A stretch of 32,000 bases of DNA from Candidatus Methylomirabilis limnetica. Lineage in GTDB: Bacteria; Methylomirabilota; Methylomirabilia; Methylomirabilales; Methylomirabilaceae. A program made the translations under genes and the position numbers. Position 1 is the first letter of the stretch. Each line of letters opens with the position of its first letter. Positions 26,369 to 32,000 of this stretch are shown here, piece after piece. The stretch is taken from positions 1-32,000 of the forward strand of contig NZ_NVQC01000023.1 of NCBI RefSeq assembly GCF_003044035.1, written 5' to 3'. The notes beneath the pieces are model-generated. The model worked only from the letters and a program-made list of their open reading frames with translations, was not told the origin of the DNA and did no database searches.

Positions 26369-26494
26369 GTGAGACGTTCAAGGTTCAAGGTTCAATGTGC
26401 GACGTTCAAGGTTCAAGGTTCAAGGTGAAACGTTCAAGGTTCAAGGTGAGACGTTCAACGTTCAACGTTCAATGTGCGACGTGCGACGTTTGCC
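26369..26494 (+). repeat. Heptanucleotide tandem array, 18 units: GTTCAAG (7), GTTCAAC (2), GTTCAAT (2), GTGCGAC (3), GTGAGAC (2), GTGAAAC (1), GTTTGCC (1)
   Basis: Read directly and phased by hand, with unit boundaries every 7 nt from 26369. It starts 2 nt after the livF stop and no ORF covers it. Confidence 0.95.
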
Positions 26495-26583
26495 CTCGGC
26501 CGGCTCCGGTGGGACCCTAAGGGGGATCTGGTCGAGCCGCCGTATATGATCTATCGGGTGAAGAAAGGGGGCAGCTTTCACGG

Positions 26584-27249
26584 ATGGTTCGAACAGGTGA
26601 CCGACCGAATGCTCAGGCAATAAGGCTTGCCATCACGCCTCAGGCCCCGTCATCTCGGGCGGTGGCGCGAGCCGCCTCGATTCTCCGCAAGGGTGGCCTG
26701 GTGGCGTTCCCTACCGACACGCTGTATGCCCTTGGAGCCGACGCCTCGAACCCCTTGGCCATCGAGCGTCTCTTTGCAGCAAAAGGCCGTAGCCGGAAGG
26801 CCCCAATCCCGCTGCTCGTAGCCGATCTCATGATGGCGATCCAACTGGTCGGTGAACTTCCAGATGCGGCCGTTCGGCTTGCCAAGCGCTACTGGCCTGG
26901 TCCGCTTACCCTTGTGCTGTGGGCTCCTCGCGGGGCCTGCACGCTGCTTACCGCCGGTACCGGCCGGATCGGCCTCAGAGTTCCAGATGCGGCTGTTGCG
27001 CTAGCCCTGATTCGCCGCTTCGGCAGCCCCGTGACCGGAACAAGCGCGAACCGCTCGGGGGGCAAAGATCCCCTGGACGCTGATGAGGTGCTACGTCAGC
27101 TTGGGGATCGAGTGGACCTGGTCCTGGATGAGGGTCCCGTCGCCGGTGGGAGTTCGTCAACCGTCGTAGATGTCACCATAAGCCCGCCCGTCATCGTGAG
27201 ACAGGGCCCGATCCTGCAAGAGGAAATCCTTAGTCTGCTGGAATGCTAG
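26584..27249 (+). CDS. tsaC: L-threonylcarbamoyladenylate synthase (TsaC/YrdC/Sua5 family)
   Basis: 221 aa. GGLVAFPTDTLYALGAD, YWPGPLTLVL and GTSANRSG motifs. Confidence 0.88.
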   Translation: MVRTGDRPNAQAIRLAITPQAPSSRAVARAASILRKGGLVAFPTDTLYALGADASNPLAIERLFAAKGRSRKAPIPLLVADLMMAIQLVGELPDAAVRLAKRYWPGPLTLVLWAPRGACTLLTAGTGRIGLRVPDAAVALALIRRFGSPVTGTSANRSGGKDPLDADEVLRQLGDRVDLVLDEGPVAGGSSSTVVDVTISPPVIVRQGPILQEEILSLLEC

Positions 27250-27288
27250 CGTAGTTTTTCATAAATCCCTTACATTGTTTGTCATTCA

Positions 27289-27422
27289 AGAACAGCGATA
27301 GACTTCGCAACTACTCTATTCTTCGCGTCATTGCGAGCACCCGCAGGGTGCGCGGCAATCTCAGTGCAATAATGCGAGATTGCTTCACTTCGTTCGCAAT
27401 GACAACTTTCTATCGCTGTTCT
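27289..27422. repeat. Nested palindromic element: outer perfect 14-bp inverted repeat agaacagcgataga / tctatcgctgttct around inner arms gtcattgcga / tcgcaatgac and gcaatctc / gagattgc
   Basis: Outer arms at 27289-27302 and 27409-27422. The inner complementary pairs were read directly. Confidence 0.8.
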
Positions 27423-27428
27423 GGGGTT

Positions 27429-27520
27429 GTCATTTCGGGCTTGACAAGCCTGCCCCGTACTTGATGCGGGGGGGAATCCAGTCTTTCTGCACTGGATTCC
27501 CGAATTCGCGGGAATGACGG
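27429..27520. repeat. Diverged partial copy C of the 17066-17155 / 20059-20150 repeat module
   Basis: gtcatttcgggcttgacaagcctgccccgtacttgatgcgggggggaatccag...ctggattcccgaattcgcgggaatgac aligns with gtcattccgtgcttgacgagcctgccccgtacttgatacgggggaatccag...ctggataccggcttccgccggtatgac. Confidence 0.7.
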
Positions 27521-27710
27521 CCTGGAATATGTTTAAAAAAGCGTTGGACGCACTACACCAGGCGCACCTGATGAAGAAGGCAGGTTGGCCGTCAGAGTGT
27601 GAAGCCCTCTGAAAGCTTTTGGAACGTCCAGGAAAGTATGCGAAAATAGAGTAGTACGAAGGGTTAGGGAAGATTGGCGGAATAAATCATCAACACCAGG
27701 TACAGGAACA

Positions 27711-29849
27711 ATGGGGATCGAGCCGATCATTGAACGCATTCGCGCAGTAGCACCTGACGCGGATGTGACCCTGCTGCAACGGGCGTACGACTTTGCCGCC
27801 AGGGTGCACAAAGGCCAGGAACGGATCTCGGGAGAGCCGTACCTGTCGCACCCGACAGCCGTGGCTGAGATTGTACTGAATCTTAAGATGGATGTGGCGA
27901 GTATCGCCGCCGCCCTCCTGCACGATGTCGTGGAGGATACCCACGCCTCGCTCGAGGAGGTCAAGCAGACCTTTGGTGACGAGATCGGGGATCTCGTTGA
28001 CGGTCTCACGAAGATCAGCAGGCTCCCCTTCGGAAGCCGCATCGAGCATCAGGCCGAAAGTCTCCGAAAGATGGTGCTGGCGATGTCCAAAGATATCAGG
28101 GTCATTCTGATCAAGCTGGCTGATCGGCTCCATAATATGCGAACCCTTGAACCGCTGAAGGAGGAGAAGCGTCGGCTGATCGCCAGGGAGACCCTCGACA
28201 TCTACGCCCCCATCGCGCACCGCCTCGGAATCTACTGGATGAAGGCAGAGCTCGAAGACCTGGCTCTCCGCCACCTCGAACGCGATGCCTACCAGGATCT
28301 GGCAGCAAGGATCGCGAAGAAACTGCAGGAGCGGGAGAAGGATATCAATGAGGTCATTGGGATCCTTCAGCAGAAGTTAACCGAGGGCGGCATCCGGGCA
28401 CAGATCATAGGTCGTCCCAAACATTTCTATAGCATCTACAAAAAAATGCGCGATCAGCAAAAGGGATTTGATGAGATCTATGATCTGACCGCGGTCCGGG
28501 CGATCACCGAATCAGTCACGGACTGCTATGGCTCGCTGGGCGTCATCCACTCTCTGTGGAAGCCTATTCCCGGTCGGTTCAAGGACTTCATTGCGATGCC
28601 AAAGTCGAACATGTATCAATCCCTGCACACGACAGTCATAGGCCCGGTCGGCGAGCCGGTTGAGATACAAATTAGAACCCGTGAGATGCACAAAACGGCG
28701 GAGCAAGGGATTGCGGCCCATTGGGCGTACAAGGAGGGGAAGGCAGCGCTTGACCCGGCTGATAAAGGGTTTGCCTGGATTCGACAGCTACTGGAGTGGC
28801 AGCGGGATCTGAAAGACAGCCGGGAGTTCCTGGAAACGGTGAAGGTGGACCTGTTCCCTGAAGAAGTCTACGTGTTCACGCCACAAGGGGATGTGAAGAG
28901 CTTCCCTAAGGGGGCTTGTCCTATTGACTTCGCCTTTGGTGTCCATACCGATATCGGCCTCACCTGCGTGGGAGCCAGAGCGAATGGGCGCCTGGTCCCC
29001 CTGCGATACGAACTGCAACATGGCGATATCATCGAAATCCTGAGCGATTCAAAGCACCATCCAAGCCGTGACTGGCTGAAACTCGTGAAAACCCCGCGGG
29101 CGAGAGGACGGATCAGGCAGTGGATAAAAAACGAGGAGAAGGTCCGGAGTATTAGCCTCGGGAAAGACCTACTGGAGAAGGAGCTTCGGCGGCTAGGCAA
29201 GAGCCTCTCTCAGATCCTCAAGCCAAGTGCGGTCACGAAGGCCCTCACCGGTCATGGCTATGCAACCCCAGACGAGTTTTTCGCCACCGTCGGATTTGGC
29301 CAGCTCTCCCCTCGCCAGGCCATAGCAAAGCTTTTACCTGCAGAAGAGCTGCTACAAGAAGGAGAGGTGAAGCCGGAGCGAAAGGCTAGCCAGCATCCGG
29401 ACGAGGGCGTGACCCTTCTGGGATCACACGATTTTCTCGTTCGGTTCGCCATGTGTTGCAGCCCGCTCCCTGGTGATGAGATTGTCGGATTCATCACTCG
29501 TGGGCGCGGCGTTTCGGTTCACAGTGCGGACTGCTCTAATCTGAATCAACTCATGTACGACGTGGATCGAAAGATCAAGGTCTCCTGGGATGCGGCACCG
29601 AAGACCGCCCACCAAGTCAAGATCCGCGTAGTGATCGGGACGGACCGACCCGGGATCCTGGCCGCGCTCAGCTCGGCAATCTCCGCGAGCAAGATTAACA
29701 TCGCTCAGGCTGATATACGCGTGACGGATGATGGCAAGGGACTGAACACCTTCACGCTTGAGGTGCTCGATCTGAAGCAGCTTCAGTCAGCGATGGGGGC
29801 AATTCGCCAGATCGACGGGGTGCTGGGAGTAGAGCGCATTCGTGGCTAG
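27711..29849 (+). CDS. relA: Bifunctional (p)ppGpp synthetase/hydrolase, long RelA/SpoT homolog
   Basis: 712 aa. HD hydrolase motif HPTAVAEI...LLHDVVEDT, synthetase block YDLTAVRAI...YQSLHTTV, TGS region, Cys-rich CCSPLPGDEIVGFITRGRGVSVH, and a C-terminal ACT-like domain. Confidence 0.95.
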   Translation: MGIEPIIERIRAVAPDADVTLLQRAYDFAARVHKGQERISGEPYLSHPTAVAEIVLNLKMDVASIAAALLHDVVEDTHASLEEVKQTFGDEIGDLVDGLTKISRLPFGSRIEHQAESLRKMVLAMSKDIRVILIKLADRLHNMRTLEPLKEEKRRLIARETLDIYAPIAHRLGIYWMKAELEDLALRHLERDAYQDLAARIAKKLQEREKDINEVIGILQQKLTEGGIRAQIIGRPKHFYSIYKKMRDQQKGFDEIYDLTAVRAITESVTDCYGSLGVIHSLWKPIPGRFKDFIAMPKSNMYQSLHTTVIGPVGEPVEIQIRTREMHKTAEQGIAAHWAYKEGKAALDPADKGFAWIRQLLEWQRDLKDSREFLETVKVDLFPEEVYVFTPQGDVKSFPKGACPIDFAFGVHTDIGLTCVGARANGRLVPLRYELQHGDIIEILSDSKHHPSRDWLKLVKTPRARGRIRQWIKNEEKVRSISLGKDLLEKELRRLGKSLSQILKPSAVTKALTGHGYATPDEFFATVGFGQLSPRQAIAKLLPAEELLQEGEVKPERKASQHPDEGVTLLGSHDFLVRFAMCCSPLPGDEIVGFITRGRGVSVHSADCSNLNQLMYDVDRKIKVSWDAAPKTAHQVKIRVVIGTDRPGILAALSSAISASKINIAQADIRVTDDGKGLNTFTLEVLDLKQLQSAMGAIRQIDGVLGVERIRG

Positions 29850-30070
29850 CGCACGGATCCCTGCTGTGGTCCAGCCTTCTGGACTAGGCCGGAGCGCAGG
29901 CAGCGTGTGCAGACCGCCATGTGGCGTTGGGTTCCATTCATGACAACGTGATGACGTGCGACGTTGATCTGCTGGCGGCGCTTGCTGACGTTGTGGGCAT
30001 GACTGACCTGACTGCTTACTCGCGGTCCTCGCCCGCATATCTCACACTGCGAGGGATGGGTGGATGGCAT
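29846..30070 (-). CDS. rpmB: 50S ribosomal protein L28 (Cys-containing form with CxxC...CxxC)
   Basis: 74 aa. CEICGRGPRVSSQVSHAHNVSKRRQQINV...VCTRCLRSG matches the L28 pattern. Confidence 0.85.
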   Translation of the reverse strand: MPSTHPSQCEICGRGPRVSSQVSHAHNVSKRRQQINVARHHVVMNGTQRHMAVCTRCLRSGLVQKAGPQQGSVR

Positions 30071-30186
30071 GGCATGACCTCCGATGGTTTGTGGCTATCA
30101 TGTGATCGCTTCGCAACGAACCGAAAGTATACGGTAACGGCCCGCCAAAATCAAGCGCAGAAGCATATGACGGATGCGTACAACCG

Positions 30187-30744
30187 ATGAGGGTGATCGG
30201 CGGTCTCGCTAAAGGGCGACGGATTCAGGCTCCTCGTGGAAGAGAAACGAGGCCAACCTCGGATTATCTCCGCGAGGTTCTGTTCAATGTGCTGGCACAG
30301 CAGGTGGAGGGCAGAACCTTTCTGGACTTGTACGCCGGGACCGGAGCCGTGGGGATCGAGGCCTTGAGCCGTGGCGCCGCCGGGGCGGTATTCGTTGAGT
30401 GCGATCGGTTGGCCCTTGCGATGCTACGCCGGAACATCGAAACGTCTGGATTCCGTGAGCAGGTCGAGGTTGTCCCGATGGAGGTTCTCAGATTCCTGCG
30501 CCGGACGGCCTGTGCCGCACGACAATTCGATCTGATCTTTCTAGATCCGCCCTACCAGCGAACTGACGCAGAGGCGGCGCTCTCTATGATAGCATCCACA
30601 GGGCTGCTTGCACCGACCGGTATTGTGATTCTGGAACGATCTACAAAGGACACCCCTATCCAAGCCCCTGCTGGGCTGGCGCTTATTCGTGAAGTCCGGC
30701 ATGGCGCCGCAGCTCTTCAGCTCTATCGACGGGAGGCAATGTGA
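30187..30744 (+). CDS. rsmD: 16S rRNA (guanine966-N2)-methyltransferase RsmD
   Basis: 185 aa. MRVIGGLAKGRRIQAP, SAM motif LDLYAGTGAVGIEALSRGA and DPPY motif. Followed by coaD, the usual pairing. Confidence 0.88.
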   Translation: MRVIGGLAKGRRIQAPRGRETRPTSDYLREVLFNVLAQQVEGRTFLDLYAGTGAVGIEALSRGAAGAVFVECDRLALAMLRRNIETSGFREQVEVVPMEVLRFLRRTACAARQFDLIFLDPPYQRTDAEAALSMIASTGLLAPTGIVILERSTKDTPIQAPAGLALIREVRHGAAALQLYRREAM

Positions 30745-31253
30745 CGACGCTGGCTATCTACGCCGGGACCTTCGATCCGTTTACCTTTGGACACATCGAT
30801 ATCGCCAGGCGAGCCCACCGCCTCTTTCCTCACCTTGTCATCTCGGTGAGTACAAATCCAGACAAATCCGCGCTTTTCAGCCTTGCGGAGCGTCAGCGGA
30901 TCATTAGGGACGCCGTCCGGACTATGCGCGGTGTCTCTGTCGAATCCTTTGACGGTCTTCTGGTGGATTATATGCATCGCAGGAGAGCGCGAGTTGTCAT
31001 CCGTGGTCTCCGCGCCCTTTCCGACTTCGAATACGAATTCCAGATGGCGCTGATGAATCGGAAGCTCAACGAAGAGATCGAAACGGTATTCCTTATGCCC
31101 CACGAGCAGTATTCTTACCTCAGCTCTCGACTAGTAAAAGAGATCGCCCTACTTGGGGGAGATGTCTCCCAATTTGTGAGACCAATGGTCTCAAAGATGC
31201 TCAAAGAGCGAATCGCCCTGCGGGAAGCAGGAGAACGGAGACAAGGAGAATGA
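30741..31253 (+). CDS. coaD: Phosphopantetheine adenylyltransferase
   Basis: 170 aa. AIYAGTFDPFTFGHIDI, and RGLRALSDFEYE. The GTG start overlaps the rsmD stop (gtga). Confidence 0.93.
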   Translation: MTTLAIYAGTFDPFTFGHIDIARRAHRLFPHLVISVSTNPDKSALFSLAERQRIIRDAVRTMRGVSVESFDGLLVDYMHRRRARVVIRGLRALSDFEYEFQMALMNRKLNEEIETVFLMPHEQYSYLSSRLVKEIALLGGDVSQFVRPMVSKMLKERIALREAGERRQGE

Positions 31254-32000
31254 CGGTGAATCTGTCAAGTCGCGCAAGGAATGCCAGTCCCTCTGCCACC
31301 CTCGCCATTGCTGCTGTCGCTAAGCAGATGAAGGCGGACGGAATTGATGTTGTGGACCTCGGGCTCGGGGAACCGGATTTCGAGACGCCGGACCACGTCA
31401 AGGAAGCGGCAATTGTCGCTATTCGGGAGGGGTTCACACGATACACGGCCGCCTCCGGCATCGACGAGTTGAAGAAGGCGATCGTCACCAAGCTGAAGCG
31501 CGATAATGGCCTCTCCTATACCCCTGCAGAGGTGATCGTCTCGTGCGGTTCGAAACATTCGCTATTCAACATCGCCGAGGTACTGTTTGAGTCTGGGGAC
31601 GAGGTGATAGTCCCGGCGCCCTACTGGGTCACCTACACCGAACAGATCCAACTCGTCGATGCGCGACCGGTCATCGTGCAGACGCGGGAAGAAGATGGTT
31701 TCCACCTGACCCGTGCGGCGGTGGAACCCGCCATTACGCCAAAAACCAAGGCGATTCTGCTTAACAGCCCATGCAATCCGACCGGCGCCATGATCCCGCC
31801 GGAACAGCTACGGGCGATCGCCGCGCTGGCGGTGGAGCGAGACCTATTGGTGATTTCGGATGAGGCGTACGAATCTATGACTTACAGCGGGCATACCCAC
31901 ATGAGCATCGCCTCGCTCGGCGAGGAGGTGAAGCGGCGAACGATTCTTGTAAATACCGTCTCAAAGGCGTATGCCATGACCGGTTGGCGGATCGGGTACG
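31250..32000 (+). CDS. Pyridoxal-phosphate-dependent class I aminotransferase (aspartate aminotransferase-like), 5' partial, running off the right edge
   Basis: My own translation from ATG 31250 (ATGA overlap with the coaD stop) is open to 32000: MTVNLSSRARNASPSATLAIAAVAKQMKADGIDVVDLGLGEPDFETP...NSPCNPTGA...SKAYAMTGWRIGY. It is absent from the ORF track because it has no stop. Confidence 0.85.
   Translation, partial: MTVNLSSRARNASPSATLAIAAVAKQMKADGIDVVDLGLGEPDFETPDHVKEAAIVAIREGFTRYTAASGIDELKKAIVTKLKRDNGLSYTPAEVIVSCGSKHSLFNIAEVLFESGDEVIVPAPYWVTYTEQIQLVDARPVIVQTREEDGFHLTRAAVEPAITPKTKAILLNSPCNPTGAMIPPEQLRAIAALAVERDLLVISDEAYESMTYSGHTHMSIASLGEEVKRRTILVNTVSKAYAMTGWRIGY

Noticed and set aside
26369-26494. 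CRISPR array or iteron-type origin as the explanation for the periodic repeat after livF.
   Set aside because: The units are 7 nt and contiguous with no spacers, far below CRISPR repeat size. There are no cas genes, DnaA boxes, AT-rich unwinding region or rep gene nearby.
26584-26600. ggttcgaac string checked as a possible tRNA T-arm, together with a window-wide look for GGTTCGAATCC-like boxes.
   Set aside because: No acceptor, D or anticodon arm complementarity surrounds it, and it lies at the start of tsaC. I saw no tRNA-like cloverleaf anywhere in the intergenic spacers.
26546-26623. 25-codon ORF MIYRVKKGGSFHGWFEQVTDRMLRQ overlapping the tsaC start. RVKKGGSF faintly resembles the RGGSW motif near the C-terminus of formylglycine-generating-enzyme-type domains, hinting at a gene remnant.
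   Set aside because: It is too short, the resemblance is a single loose motif, and it overlaps the well-supported tsaC 5' end. It cannot be supported without a database search.
1824-28274. Many long minus-strand ORFs inside + strand genes (for example 1824-2513, 2994-3653, 4611-5255, 10836-11567, 15900-16616, 21545-22501, 23628-24701, 24398-25039, 27690-28274).
   Set aside because: Each is fully embedded antisense in a gene with strong family motifs. Their translations are Arg/Ser/Pro/Ala-rich with no motifs, as expected for antisense frames of GC-rich coding DNA.
29921-30190. 89-aa + strand ORF opposite rpmB and the rpmB-rsmD spacer.
   Set aside because: It is antisense to a clear L28 gene, has no motifs, and its 3' end merely runs into the rsmD start region.

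Overview
High-GC (spot counts about 60-65% in housekeeping genes) bacterial chromosomal window, almost all core metabolism on the + strand. Left to right: (1) the edge of an insertion sequence on the - strand, whose transposase is split into two frames at an A9 run. (2) A complete trpEGDCFBA operon. (3) A type IV pilus assembly cluster, pilMNOPQ. (4) Three unassignable signal-peptide proteins packed tightly between pilQ and aroC. (5) Shikimate genes aroC-aroK-aroB-aroQ, then efp and thiE. (6) A branched-chain amino acid ABC transporter, livK-livH-livM::livG-livF, with permease and ATPase in one ORF. (7) tsaC, a long RelA/SpoT homolog, convergent rpmB, rsmD, coaD and the 5' part of a class I aminotransferase that runs off the right edge. 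Nearly all larger intergenic spacers hold short palindromic or MITE-like repeats, several present in two or three copies here. One spacer holds an 18-unit array of a 7-bp tandem repeat (GTTCAAG and variants). I found no rRNA, tRNA, CRISPR array or recognisable defence or toxin system. The items most worth follow-up are the heptamer array, the three-gene secreted-protein cassette between pilQ and aroC, the recoding-type A9 site in the transposase, the repeat families and the unusual PilQ architecture. All functional calls rest on motif recognition by eye and were not confirmed by database search.
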